DNA from: a virus
Lineage: Duplodnaviria; Caudoviricetes
Reading direction: 5' to 3' (one strand)
Virus record (IMG/VR): IMGVR_UViG_3300033463_000025
Location: 64,001-128,000 of that record
Length of the DNA stretch: 64,000 nucleotides
The notes beneath the pieces are model-generated. The model saw only the letters and a list, made by a program, of their open reading frames with translations, made no database searches and had not been told where the DNA came from. The position numbers and the translations under genes were made by a program. This document shows positions 29,110-38,944 of this stretch, piece after piece (the first letter of the stretch is position 1; each line of letters begins with the position of its first letter).

Positions 29110-29204
29110 ATATCTAATATAATCATATACTATATAACCTATTATCAACTATAAGATTATTAACTAATATAATAATTATCTATTAAGTTGATAATAGGTA
29201 CGTC
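29110..29204. repeat. left copy of long inverted repeat (partner 55062-55153)
   Basis: Near-identical reverse complement; internal 14-bp palindromic arms ACCTATTATCAACT/AGTTGATAATAGGT. Confidence 0.9.
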
Positions 29205-29454
29205 ACCTCTTTTTACAATTTTTCCGTATTTTGCAAAATTTCAGTTAAATGAAATGGCTGTTTTATTGTAGAAAGTTTACCTCCCTATCAGCTTCGCCCA
29301 CCCCTCTCGTTCCTCTGTGGCGTTCATATTTTGGTAGGGCACTCAACTTTTCCGTTCAAAGCAATTTAAAATGGAAAGTTGAAGTTCGCAAATATATGAT
29401 TATATCCTATATCATAGGATAGTTCGTTAATTCTATAACAAACTTTTTCAGCAT

Positions 29455-29558
29455 AAAAATAACAGCCCCCTCGGACACAAGGGGCTGTCGGTGTCAAAAG
29501 ACAACAAACAAAGGAGTTAGGGGTAACTATGTTCGCTTGTTACCATCTTTGTTCATTA
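29455..29558 (-). ncRNA. candidate trans-acting antisense sRNA complementary to the shared cassette leaders
   Basis: TTGACA(29592-29587)-17-TATAAT(29569-29564); terminator hairpin 29462-29488 plus U-tract; core AACUCCUUUGUUUGUUGUCUUUUGACAC. Confidence 0.7.
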
Positions 29559-29588
29559 AGCAAATTATACACTACTACTTGCAATATG

Positions 29589-29858
29589 TCAAGTAACATC
29601 TGGCGTAGGATATTCCACGTCGAAATCACCACGAACGGCGGCGAAGGTCAAGGATGAGATATATGCGTCATTTGTTCCGTCGCCTATGGCTATATACATT
29701 CTTGTTTGCGGTCTGATAGTAAATGTCTTATCTTCATTTAGCTTGTAGCTCTTGTGAAATGTAATCACAGCATTTCTAACTTCGTTCTTATTCCGCACGA
29801 ACAAGCCTTTGCCTGTCGTACCAATGGTAATTTCCTTGTCGTTATACAAACTAATCAT
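29589..29858 (-). CDS. hypothetical protein
   Basis: ATG 29858 with GAGGTG RBS. Confidence 0.6.
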   Translation of the reverse strand: MISLYNDKEITIGTTGKGLFVRNKNEVRNAVITFHKSYKLNEDKTFTIRPQTRMYIAIGDGTNDAYISSLTFAAVRGDFDVEYPTPDVT

Positions 29859-29868
29859 AGTACACCTC

Positions 29869-31686
29869 TTATGCAACCGTTTCTTCCAACATGAGCACTT
29901 TGCTTTCGGGAGAAACGATAAAACGCTCACGCTGGGCGAATGTCTGATTGTACGATTCCTCGCCTTCAAATTCATCTATTACTCGGCGTTCTTCTTCGTC
30001 CATAGCTTTGTATGTTTTCTTTCCGTAGGACGGCGGCAACCAGCCCTTCTTCATACAGCCGTAAATGTTAAACTTCTTCAGAACGTCAAGGTCGGTAAAC
30101 TTGATATGAACTGTACCCTTCTTGTACACGTTTACATCGAAATACTTGAAATGCAAATTCTTTGTGGTCTGCGTTTTTTCGTATGCCTCTAACCAATGGT
30201 GAAGGTCGCGCTGAATTTCATTTTCTCCACCATCAAGGAAGTCAAAACACTTTTCAATATCGTCAAGGATTCTGCCGATTTCTCCGTCATAGAAGTTATA
30301 CTTGAATTTACCCCAAATAGAATCCCAACATCTACACCACGGCACAACAACCCTGGGATTGATGATGAAAGCAGAGTTAGATTTCCAACCGCTGAAGTAG
30401 TGAACGTTTCCACTTGCTTCCATTGAATGTTTGTATGTCAGCTTTTCAAAGAGCGATATGATTTTATCCTCGATACCTTGAGCTACAGACTTGAGCATAT
30501 CAATTCTTACAGCGTAGATATTTGACAACGAAAAATCCTTCTTGGCATATTCCTTTATATCGGCAAAATACTGTTCTTTAAGATTGGAAGTAAGATTGCC
30601 GATAAATGCAGGCTTATGTAAAAGCTCATACCAATATTTGTATCTTACGGAATAAACATACTTGTTCCACTCAAAAGCCTTACCTCTTCCGTCTACCAGT
30701 CCGATATGTGCGCCGCGCTTGTATGAAGGCAACTCTTTTTCATCGCTGGCAAAGTATAAAGAAATATGCGGCGATACGGCAAGGTATTCTTCATACAGCC
30801 TCTTCCCCATCGCTATTTCTTTTTTATACATCAGCACAGCTTGACGCATATAATCAGCGGTCACAATTTCAGAAGTGTTATAGTCAGGCTCATCAACAGT
30901 GATTTCCATTTCCTCAAGCTCATCAAGGATTGTGGAATGTGCATTGTTGAACGGCGAAGGAATATCAATACGCACGATTGCACACTCAACATCTGTCTGG
31001 CGTTCAGCCTGTTTGAAAGCACCGCTAACATATTCAATCTCGGCATTGTAGAAGTCGAGCTGTTTCTTCAATTCTTTGCGCCAATTAGAATAGGGATTGT
31101 CAAGAGTCTGACGGTTAAGCAGACAAATAATCTTTCCGCCTGTTTTCTTGGCTACGTTGATTGCGTGAAGAAGATGCTCGTCGCCGTTGCTAAAAGGCGG
31201 ATTCATAATGATTAAGTCGAAGTGTTCATCGCCGTTAAACTCTAAGAAGTCGCTACCAATAACGGTATAATCTTTGTCTTTAAGGATTGCTCTAAGTCCG
31301 TCGTCAACCTCGATACAATTAACGTCTAACTTTTCACATCCCTCACGAATGTCACCAATGAGATAACGCCTTTCATCTTCATCTTGGCTATACTTTCTTT
31401 TGTTATAGTCTGCTATCCATTGAGTAGTCATGTACTTATAAATCATTTCTTCATAAGTAATTTTATAAGCAACATACTCTTCAAAGATAGGGTCTTTATA
31501 ACGATAGCTCCCCATTCTGTGGCTAACGCAGTAACGCATATAGCAAATGAAGTCTGCAATATCACCCTTGCCTGCTGACGGCTCAAGCACACTCTCAATA
31601 TCGGTCAACTTAATGCCTTTAATCATTTCCGCTACAAGTTCTGGCGGAGTCGGATAAAATTCAGTTAATGATTTGTATGTACTCAT
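29869..31686 (-). CDS. N6-adenine methyltransferase with DUF4942-like C-terminus
   Basis: FYPTP, VLEPSAGKG, IMNPPF; YFDVNVYKKGTVHIKF. Confidence 0.88.
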   Translation of the reverse strand: MSTYKSLTEFYPTPPELVAEMIKGIKLTDIESVLEPSAGKGDIADFICYMRYCVSHRMGSYRYKDPIFEEYVAYKITYEEMIYKYMTTQWIADYNKRKYSQDEDERRYLIGDIREGCEKLDVNCIEVDDGLRAILKDKDYTVIGSDFLEFNGDEHFDLIIMNPPFSNGDEHLLHAINVAKKTGGKIICLLNRQTLDNPYSNWRKELKKQLDFYNAEIEYVSGAFKQAERQTDVECAIVRIDIPSPFNNAHSTILDELEEMEITVDEPDYNTSEIVTADYMRQAVLMYKKEIAMGKRLYEEYLAVSPHISLYFASDEKELPSYKRGAHIGLVDGRGKAFEWNKYVYSVRYKYWYELLHKPAFIGNLTSNLKEQYFADIKEYAKKDFSLSNIYAVRIDMLKSVAQGIEDKIISLFEKLTYKHSMEASGNVHYFSGWKSNSAFIINPRVVVPWCRCWDSIWGKFKYNFYDGEIGRILDDIEKCFDFLDGGENEIQRDLHHWLEAYEKTQTTKNLHFKYFDVNVYKKGTVHIKFTDLDVLKKFNIYGCMKKGWLPPSYGKKTYKAMDEEERRVIDEFEGEESYNQTFAQRERFIVSPESKVLMLEETVA

Positions 31687-32054
31687 AATCTTTTCTCCTT
31701 TAACATTATTTTATTTGTCTTTTGACTTATGCTGTACGGTATTTTTTAACCTCAACCAACGATATTATTATAGCCGATTTTCGTTAAATTGTCAAGTGAT
31801 TTTACTTTTTTTTATGGTTTTTAATATTGTGGTTTTCTGTTTTAGTAATATAAATAATTATATACATTACTGCCGCAATTTGTATAAAATCGTTTACATT
31901 ATTTTGTTTTGAAAAATGACACCTTTTTGCGGACATCCGCAAATTGGTCTACAAAAATCCCTTGTTTTTCAAAATAAAACCTTTTTGCCAACGCTGGCAA
32001 AATGGTAAAAGAAAAACCACAACCGAAGCTGTGGTTTTTTATTTATACCTCTAA

Positions 32055-32318
32055 TTAAATCATAGCATATCTCCAACTGGAACACTCAATAGCATTTGTC
32101 TGTACATACACTTCTCCATCATGTGCATATAAATATTTACCTTCAACCCAATCGGAATCCAAAGAATCTTTGACTAAAATACTATCCCCTTCTTGTAATA
32201 CTATTTTATCATCAACAATTACATCTTCAATTCCGACTGAATCGCCGTATGGAGAAAATGTTAAATCTTTTTCTCTGTTATATTTATAAGACACATTATT
32301 ATTTGGAAACACTGTCAC
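32055..32318 (-). CDS. hypothetical protein
   Basis: 87-aa ORF, GAGGG RBS. Confidence 0.6.
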   Translation of the reverse strand: MTVFPNNNVSYKYNREKDLTFSPYGDSVGIEDVIVDDKIVLQEGDSILVKDSLDSDWVEGKYLYAHDGEVYVQTNAIECSSWRYAMI

Positions 32319-32358
32319 GATTACACCCTCTTAAAACCATATTAAATTGCTATTATGT

Positions 32359-32610
32359 TTAATCACTACATATTTCTATTTCGTTAAACCCATTATTATT
32401 AATAACAAGTTTTTTTGCTTTTAATAATTCTGTTGCGCTTTCACAACTACCAATTTTTAAAGAAGGATATCCAACAACATTTCCATACCATACAAATGCA
32501 CCACTTTTACGTTCCCAATATCCAGCATATGTACGACGCAAAGAAGAAGTTAAAACGTCTATGTTTAAATCTTCTTTAATTTTTTTAGATAACTTTTCAA
32601 ATACAGTCAT
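32359..32610 (-). CDS. hypothetical protein
   Basis: 83-aa ORF, GAGG RBS. Confidence 0.65.
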   Translation of the reverse strand: MTVFEKLSKKIKEDLNIDVLTSSLRRTYAGYWERKSGAFVWYGNVVGYPSLKIGSCESATELLKAKKLVINNNGFNEIEICSD

Positions 32611-32644
32611 TTTTTCCTCTTAAAAACTATTGCTTTACCTGTAA

Positions 32645-32935
32645 TCAATCTATATACTTATTTAAAATAATTTTAATCATTCCCAACTTAGCTTCTCTTA
32701 CAACCGAACACACTTCATGTAACTTAGTCATAAGAGTAAGTCCAATATCATCGTATTGAGTATATTCCGCTACAGTTTTAACACATACAATAAACAATTT
32801 TTCATAATCTCTTTCTGTTAAAGCCATAGCCTTTGACTCTGCTTTTCTAATTTCATCAAAATACCCAATCTTAATCATATTCCCGTTATGGTCTACAATC
32901 TTATACTTGACTTCATCTCGTGTATAAATCTGCAT
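32645..32935 (-). CDS. hypothetical protein
   Basis: 96-aa ORF with RBS. Confidence 0.65.
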   Translation of the reverse strand: MQIYTRDEVKYKIVDHNGNMIKIGYFDEIRKAESKAMALTERDYEKLFIVCVKTVAEYTQYDDIGLTLMTKLHEVCSVVREAKLGMIKIILNKYID

Positions 32936-32949
32936 ATTTTCACTTCCTT

Positions 32950-33198
32950 CTACATCACTTCCATAGGGTATATCTCAAATAAATCATAGTCAGCACCGTC
33001 AGCAGACATATACATTTTCACTCTATCAATGTCACCATCATAAAAGTATATATCGCCCTTAGAATTTACAGTCCATTCTAACTGAGAAAGTTCATAGGTT
33101 TTTTCACAGTATTTTTTACATTTCAATAATGAATCAAACACTTTTACTTCTCTTACTCCGCCATATTCATATCCAATAAGCAAAACAAATACTTTCAT
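32950..33198 (-). CDS. hypothetical protein
   Basis: 82-aa ORF, GAGGTG RBS. Confidence 0.65.
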   Translation of the reverse strand: MKVFVLLIGYEYGGVREVKVFDSLLKCKKYCEKTYELSQLEWTVNSKGDIYFYDGDIDRVKMYMSADGADYDLFEIYPMEVM

Positions 33199-33216
33199 AA
33201 TATCACCTCTTGAAAA

Positions 33217-33750
33217 CTACGTTTTATTCAATTCCTCTTCTAACAATAATTTTACTTTTTCAATCTCTTTTGACGTATGTGGCGTACCACCAGTATTCAT
33301 CTCGATATACCATTGTAAAACTTCCGCTTTAGTTTTAAGGTCATTCACATTAAAAAGGAAATCAATCTCAAACGGCAATTTATCTTCAAATTCCTTATAA
33401 TAATGACCAAACGCAGGTATTTCGTTATGCAAAAAGGCAAGCACAGCAGTTAGCCTTTGCAATCCATCCACACAAACAAACTCATCATTAGGACTATATC
33501 TATAATGCCAGTTAGGACAATTAAAATAAATAATCCTTGCAGATTTTCCACCTTGTAAAATAAACTCTACATAGGCAATTTGTTGAACTTTTGTCCACAC
33601 ATGACCTCTTTGAAAATCGGGATTTAATTGCAAATTAAGTTCATTAGTATAATCATCTAAAGTCTTTTCTAAATATCTCCAAGGCACATTAACTTGATAA
33701 TGACCATCTCTTGTAAGTTGAGGTATTTCAGAAAATTTCATTATAATCAC
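33217..33750 (-). CDS. DUF262 (ParB/Srx-like, GmrS N-terminal) domain protein
   Basis: PDFQRGHVW...VDGLQRLT...MNTGG. Confidence 0.85.
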   Translation of the reverse strand: MIIMKFSEIPQLTRDGHYQVNVPWRYLEKTLDDYTNELNLQLNPDFQRGHVWTKVQQIAYVEFILQGGKSARIIYFNCPNWHYRYSPNDEFVCVDGLQRLTAVLAFLHNEIPAFGHYYKEFEDKLPFEIDFLFNVNDLKTKAEVLQWYIEMNTGGTPHTSKEIEKVKLLLEEELNKT

Positions 33751-33777
33751 CTCTTATTCTATATACTTAATAAAATA

Positions 33778-34476
33778 TTATTCATCTATTATTTCAAATT
33801 CAAGCCCTCTTGTATCAACCACTATCTCATCTTCGTTTCTGGTGTTGAAATATGCAAGAGCTTGTGACTTGTTTATTGTGGCTTTCTGTATATAACCTTT
33901 TCCAAACCTATTAGCAAACCATTGTGCTGTTTTAAGATTCTGCGTCCATGATAAACCTTTCGGATTGTGCCCTGGCGTAATACCACGGTACACCGTTATA
34001 GTTTCTGGTAATGCTTTATATACCTCGTAATCTTCCGCGCACATTAATGTTTCTTTATCGGCGTGTTTAAACCATGAAGCAAGAGTCGCAACAGAAACAT
34101 TTACATCCTGATTTGGATTTTCCGACGTAATCCAAGCATCGGCAAGCAGAGAGCTAAAGTCTTTTACTGACACATAGTTCTTGATATACTTTAAGAAAGT
34201 GAGCTTATATGATTTTCTGACAATAACATAAATGTCAATTATATCGCTGGCTGATTTAATGCGATTCTCAAGCTGAGAAGTCGCTTTCTCTAACGTGGTT
34301 TCGTCTTCAAGTATATTGCCAATAGTAAAGTTTCCGTTGTCATTATAAGGGATAAGGGCTGATTCAAAAATCGGGTGCATAACGACAATAGGCGAATATT
34401 CAGTTTCTTCTACTGGCAGATATAAGAACATCAACGCAACTTCTTTTACCTTGTCAAGATTTGTTTCTTTTCTCAT
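33778..34476 (-). CDS. putative ADP-ribosyltransferase-fold protein
   Basis: TVYRG...GLSWT...AQWFA...NEDEIVV (R-S-E pattern). Confidence 0.55.
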   Translation of the reverse strand: MRKETNLDKVKEVALMFLYLPVEETEYSPIVVMHPIFESALIPYNDNGNFTIGNILEDETTLEKATSQLENRIKSASDIIDIYVIVRKSYKLTFLKYIKNYVSVKDFSSLLADAWITSENPNQDVNVSVATLASWFKHADKETLMCAEDYEVYKALPETITVYRGITPGHNPKGLSWTQNLKTAQWFANRFGKGYIQKATINKSQALAYFNTRNEDEIVVDTRGLEFEIIDE

Positions 34477-34491
34477 AAGTAATACCTCTAT

Positions 34492-34698
34492 TTATTTTGA
34501 TTCAGCTTTTTCAAGCCGTGTCCATAGCTTTTCACTCAACCACATTTTGTTAAAGCAGGTTGTTCCAAAGTGTTCAGCCGTTCCGTCAGAGTATTTGACT
34601 GTAACTATTTCTGTTATCCATAATCCGCATTTATCGCAAGTGCAACCGTTGTTTCTTCCAACCTTGTTGGTCGTGATACTTCTAATGCTTTTCATCAC
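34492..34698 (-). CDS. small zinc-finger protein
   Basis: CDKC...GTTC. Confidence 0.55.
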   Translation of the reverse strand: MMKSIRSITTNKVGRNNGCTCDKCGLWITEIVTVKYSDGTAEHFGTTCFNKMWLSEKLWTRLEKAESK

Positions 34699-34706
34699 TT
34701 TTTCCT

Positions 34707-35051
34707 TTACTCTTGTTTTAAATACTTTTCTTTAAAATCAGCCTTGAAAAATTTACATATTTCTTCGGCAATCTCACAAGCTGATTCAACTTCTTTGATA
34801 AATAATTTAACACAATCAGAATTTCCGTTAAGTGATACTGTATTTATTTCATAATTACTATCAAGTTTATTATCATCCGCCATTACATATAAATATATTT
34901 TTGCTCGGCTAACAGGGAATGAATGATTGATATGCACATCAAATGTGCGGTTTTCATACCAAGTAAACCAAAACTGTGTTTCAATATTTAGATTAAATCT
35001 AAAAAATATTCCGTCATCCTCAAGCGATTTTTTATATTCAAGTATGAACAT
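34707..35051 (-). CDS. hypothetical protein
   Basis: 114-aa ORF. Confidence 0.65.
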   Translation of the reverse strand: MFILEYKKSLEDDGIFFRFNLNIETQFWFTWYENRTFDVHINHSFPVSRAKIYLYVMADDNKLDSNYEINTVSLNGNSDCVKLFIKEVESACEIAEEICKFFKADFKEKYLKQE

Positions 35052-35074
35052 TATAAATTCACTTCTTTCTTTAT

Positions 35075-35437
35075 TTAGTTACCGCCTTTTAGCTGTGTTA
35101 AATCATAATTCAAGCGTACCCAATCATCAAAGCCAAGAACGGTATCAGTGTTCTTTTCGACATATTCCTCCATCAATTCTTCTTCAAGTCTGCAACCATC
35201 AACGCTATAATATACCCAATGGAGCTGTCCATATGTGTACATATTATTAATCTCGTTTCTGATTTTTACATCGCTTTCGCCGTAGTATTCCTGTCCTACA
35301 AAATGTTCTAAATCGCCTATATCCTCAAGTCCTGTGTAATAGTCGATTCTGTCATTAATGATAATAGCCAAAACAAATCTGTTGTTATCATCTGGCATCG
35401 TAAACTTTAATACTTTACCAATAGTCGGGTTTTTCAT
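35075..35437 (-). CDS. acidic hypothetical protein
   Basis: 120-aa ORF, AGGAGG RBS. Confidence 0.7.
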   Translation of the reverse strand: MKNPTIGKVLKFTMPDDNNRFVLAIIINDRIDYYTGLEDIGDLEHFVGQEYYGESDVKIRNEINNMYTYGQLHWVYYSVDGCRLEEELMEEYVEKNTDTVLGFDDWVRLNYDLTQLKGGN

Positions 35438-35455
35438 ATAAAATTCCTCCTTTTG

Positions 35456-35965
35456 TTATATATTTTTTCCGTCATTTAGTAAAAAGTAACCTTCATATTT
35501 GCAACCTACGGTCTTTGCAAATTCTTTACGTTCATCGTCGGTCAGCTTGTCGGTCGTTAATCTACGTTCAACGCTCTGAATGTAGTGATGATGATTATAC
35601 TTGCTGATAACGCTTTTAACTGTATCGTTGCTTATTGTTTTGAAGTTAGCTCCTACATCTTTTCCGCTGTTCTGAATTATAACCATGCACATACGTTGCC
35701 AAGCTATACGGTCGCCGTTAATGGCTTTCTTGAGCATTTCGTTTAGGTTATCGCCTTCAATTACCTGCCCATTCTTATTGATGAGCCTCGCAACATATTG
35801 AACACCTGCGATTTTAGCTATTGTTCTAAGCTGTGCTGTGGTAAATTTACCACGCAAACACTTTGTAGAGAAATTAGCGACGCTTGCACCGATAGCTCTT
35901 GCATAGTCGTCAACATTTGTTCCTGTTAAATAGGATAGCATAGCAAATTTCTGTTTGTAATCCAA
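35456..35965 (-). CDS. tandem XRE-like HTH protein
   Basis: YARAIGASVANFSTKCLRGKFTTAQLRTIAKIAG plus a second degenerate unit; own promoter. Confidence 0.65.
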   Translation of the reverse strand: MDYKQKFAMLSYLTGTNVDDYARAIGASVANFSTKCLRGKFTTAQLRTIAKIAGVQYVARLINKNGQVIEGDNLNEMLKKAINGDRIAWQRMCMVIIQNSGKDVGANFKTISNDTVKSVISKYNHHHYIQSVERRLTTDKLTDDERKEFAKTVGCKYEGYFLLNDGKNI

Positions 35966-36139
35966 TCTCTTCGCCTCCTTTTGCTAAATTATACCACACC
36001 TACAAATCTACGTCAAGTATTTTTGCGCTTTCTTTTAATTTTTAATATTCAATTTTTCCGTTAGTTGTAAACAATAAATCTTTGTTTTTCAAAATCGGCT
36101 TTTTCTGCTGGCTAAAACAAAACCGCCGAAGCTCGGCGG

Positions 36140-36496
36140 TCAGTTTAATTCATCAGCATAATTGAAAACATACGGTATTCCGTCACGGTACGGATAAATC
36201 ACAAAGCTATCATAGATTTTCCCTCTAAACTCGCCTTCAGCGAATACTCGCATAGCATGAGGACTTCTTTCTTTACGGACAACAGCTTTATCTTTTCCAT
36301 CAAATAGCATTTTGATTCTATCGGCTGAACAATATCTACATTCAAACTCAATCAGCTCAAAGATGTAGGATTTTTCCGTTTCTTTAACTCGCATCGTGAT
36401 ATAGTACGGGTCAAATACTTCATCGGACGGATTAACACACTTGTAAATCCCAGGCGTTAGCTTGTTCCTTTTCTCGTTGGCTTTCATGTTTTCCAC
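36140..36496 (-). CDS. hypothetical protein
   Basis: 118-aa ORF. Confidence 0.65.
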   Translation of the reverse strand: MENMKANEKRNKLTPGIYKCVNPSDEVFDPYYITMRVKETEKSYIFELIEFECRYCSADRIKMLFDGKDKAVVRKERSPHAMRVFAEGEFRGKIYDSFVIYPYRDGIPYVFNYADELN

Positions 36497-36499
36497 CTA

Positions 36500-36694
36500 C
36501 TATGCAAACTTAGATGCTAAACACCTATAGTAATCTCGCCGTTCTCTTATTTCCTGCCACTTGTTATCTTGTCCGTGTTCGCTTTCATAATCGGTCATCT
36601 TGATAGAGTAATCCTTTGCCGTAAGCATCAGAACGGCGTAAATTTTACTTGATTCTAATTTGGTAAGTTCTACTGTCATACTTTTCCTCCACAT
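36500..36694 (-). CDS. hypothetical protein
   Basis: Short ORF, GGAGG RBS before MTVEL. Confidence 0.55.
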   Translation of the reverse strand: MWRKSMTVELTKLESSKIYAVLMLTAKDYSIKMTDYESEHGQDNKWQEIRERRDYYRCLASKFA

Positions 36695-36729
36695 AAAACA
36701 TAGATAATTAAAACTAAAATTGCCATATA

Positions 36730-37110
36730 TCAGCCCTCCAATGTTAGAACAAAATCAAGAAGTGTGCTGTAGTAATCTTCCGCAACTTCGCCAGCGATGT
36801 AGAAATGGATTTCTCTTATCCACTGGTAAACAAATTCTACATCGTCCTCGTAATCGTGCGCCCATTCCGAGGCTGTGAACGCCTTGAATTTATCCCAATT
36901 CTCGCGGATTAACTTACTCCATTCACATTCAATACTGCAATCGTCGATTTTCTTAATCACGTTTACACGCTTCATCAGCTCGACGCAGAAGCGGTCGTAG
37001 TCATCCTTTGGATTCTCAATATAGCACACTGTAACTTCGCCGCTAATCTCTGTATCGTAGCAATCGTAATCGTTTTCTTCAATCTGCAAGTAATCATACA
37101 GTTTAACCAT
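36730..37110 (-). CDS. acidic hypothetical protein
   Basis: 126-aa ORF, GGAGG RBS. Confidence 0.7.
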   Translation of the reverse strand: MVKLYDYLQIEENDYDCYDTEISGEVTVCYIENPKDDYDRFCVELMKRVNVIKKIDDCSIECEWSKLIRENWDKFKAFTASEWAHDYEDDVEFVYQWIREIHFYIAGEVAEDYYSTLLDFVLTLEG

Positions 37111-37113
37111 AGC

Positions 37114-37959
37114 TCATTCCTCCACTAAGTTTTCGTCAATCAACAGGTTTTTAATTATTTCTTCATTCGCCGCAACCAGACGATAATACTTTCCCCATTC
37201 GCTATACTTATGCTTGAGGTCTAACAAAATGGAATTGTAGAAAGATTTAGCTGTATCGGTCGGCTTGATTTCTTTAAAGCTATAAATAACTTCTTTACCA
37301 AGATAGAGCTTGTAACCAAAAATATCATGTTCAAAGTGTAACAGCTTGCCAATCAGAGAATAGTCAAGGTCATACACATACATATCTGTGTTGGTGATAA
37401 ACTCTTGAATTTCCTCAACCGTCATCAGCTCTGCATTTTCCATGATGTAGTTAATGTTGTTGACGCAGATATTCTTGTCATTGACATCGAGCTTATCTTT
37501 CCAGCTCTCGCCGCAATCTTTTTTCATGTAGTCAGCAGGAGTTAAAGGATTATCATAGTCAAGGTCTGATTCTCCATAATGGATAAACGCATACTTAATA
37601 ACAGGCTCTTCATCTTTTCTTGCAAAAACGTCAATTAAAAGCTGTCCATTGTTATTGCAATAGTCTGTAAAGATATATTCAGGCAGACTCTCGCCGTAGC
37701 CATATTCCAAGTATTCTTTGATGATGTTCGCGCTTATGGCAATATCCTTCATATCAAAGTTTACATCAAAGTATCTACGCAGTTTAATGATTCCAGTATG
37801 GTCTGTGAGCTGTGAATAGATATAATCTTCATAATCTTTGATATACTCAATACCATGTCTTGCTCGGCTTATCATACGCTCGGAATAATTCCACGAATAA
37901 TAATTAGCCACAATAAGTTTTCCATTAAATCTTACATAAATTTGTGAACGCTGTCCCAT
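37114..37959 (-). CDS. hypothetical protein
   Basis: 281-aa first gene of a cassette. Confidence 0.8.
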   Translation of the reverse strand: MGQRSQIYVRFNGKLIVANYYSWNYSERMISRARHGIEYIKDYEDYIYSQLTDHTGIIKLRRYFDVNFDMKDIAISANIIKEYLEYGYGESLPEYIFTDYCNNNGQLLIDVFARKDEEPVIKYAFIHYGESDLDYDNPLTPADYMKKDCGESWKDKLDVNDKNICVNNINYIMENAELMTVEEIQEFITNTDMYVYDLDYSLIGKLLHFEHDIFGYKLYLGKEVIYSFKEIKPTDTAKSFYNSILLDLKHKYSEWGKYYRLVAANEEIIKNLLIDENLVEE

Positions 37960-38208
37960 AATATACTTCCTTTCTGTATTTTGTTATCTTTTGACTGCTC
38001 TTAAATTATAGCATAACTCAATAGAATTGTCAACTTATTTTATAGAATTTAATAATTTTTAATATTGAAATTAATTGCAGTTTTTTCACCGATTATGTTC
38101 ATTTTTCAAAACGCAGAAAATTTGTAGCACACAAAAACAGCACCGCAAATTGCGATGCCGTTTGATAGATTTGAGGTATTTTGTTTGACAGATTTGAGAT
38201 GCTATATG

Positions 38209-38454
38209 TTACATAGTATCAAGTAAGAAATCCCAAGTATGAACATATTGCTGTGCTTCTCGTATAGTCTGAAATTTTGGAGCTTCCCAATCAAGAACAT
38301 TATACAGAAGATTGTTTAATCCGTCTTTGTTATAAAAAGCCAACTGATATTTTTCTTTCTCTGTTTTTCTGTCTGTCTTAGGTACGTCAACAACTATATA
38401 CTTTTTACCGTTGAATGAAAATACCCTATTAGATGTGACGGGTGTAATTGTCAT
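38209..38454 (-). CDS. hypothetical protein
   Basis: 81-aa ORF. Confidence 0.6.
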   Translation of the reverse strand: MTITPVTSNRVFSFNGKKYIVVDVPKTDRKTEKEKYQLAFYNKDGLNNLLYNVLDWEAPKFQTIREAQQYVHTWDFLLDTM

Positions 38455-38470
38455 ATCATACCTTTTGGCG

Positions 38471-38920
38471 TTAAAGCCTTTCCTTTAATTCGTCGGTTGC
38501 TCTTTCCATAATCTCGTGATAATCAGGCTTGTCCTTTAATGTATCTGTGTCATATGCCGCGCAGTCGAGTTCCGCGATGATTCGCGCTAAGTCTTCTTTG
38601 CTAAACGATGTATAGTGTTGCATGATATAATCACAGAGATTTGCGTTTCTCATGGCTTTAATAAGACCACGGCGAACGCGGATATAATCGGGATGCTCTA
38701 CATAATAGATTGTATTTGAAAATTCATCTTCTGTCGGGTCGATGTCTTTTCCTCGCATTTCGGGCATAAGTTCAAGTGCGCGATATACAGCGTCTTTCGT
38801 TTCGGTAATCCCTTCAAATTTATGCTCAAGAATTGTACGGGCAAGATGTTCTAATTCTGTGTCGTTCTCGTCGCGTGTGTTCTCTTCAAACGTCAGGCGA
38901 TAAAGTCCTTCATATGTCAT
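38471..38920 (-). CDS. hypothetical protein
   Basis: 149-aa ORF, AAGGAGG RBS. Confidence 0.75.
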   Translation of the reverse strand: MTYEGLYRLTFEENTRDENDTELEHLARTILEHKFEGITETKDAVYRALELMPEMRGKDIDPTEDEFSNTIYYVEHPDYIRVRRGLIKAMRNANLCDYIMQHYTSFSKEDLARIIAELDCAAYDTDTLKDKPDYHEIMERATDELKERL

Positions 38921-38944
38921 TGTGGTAGCCTCCTTATGATTGTG

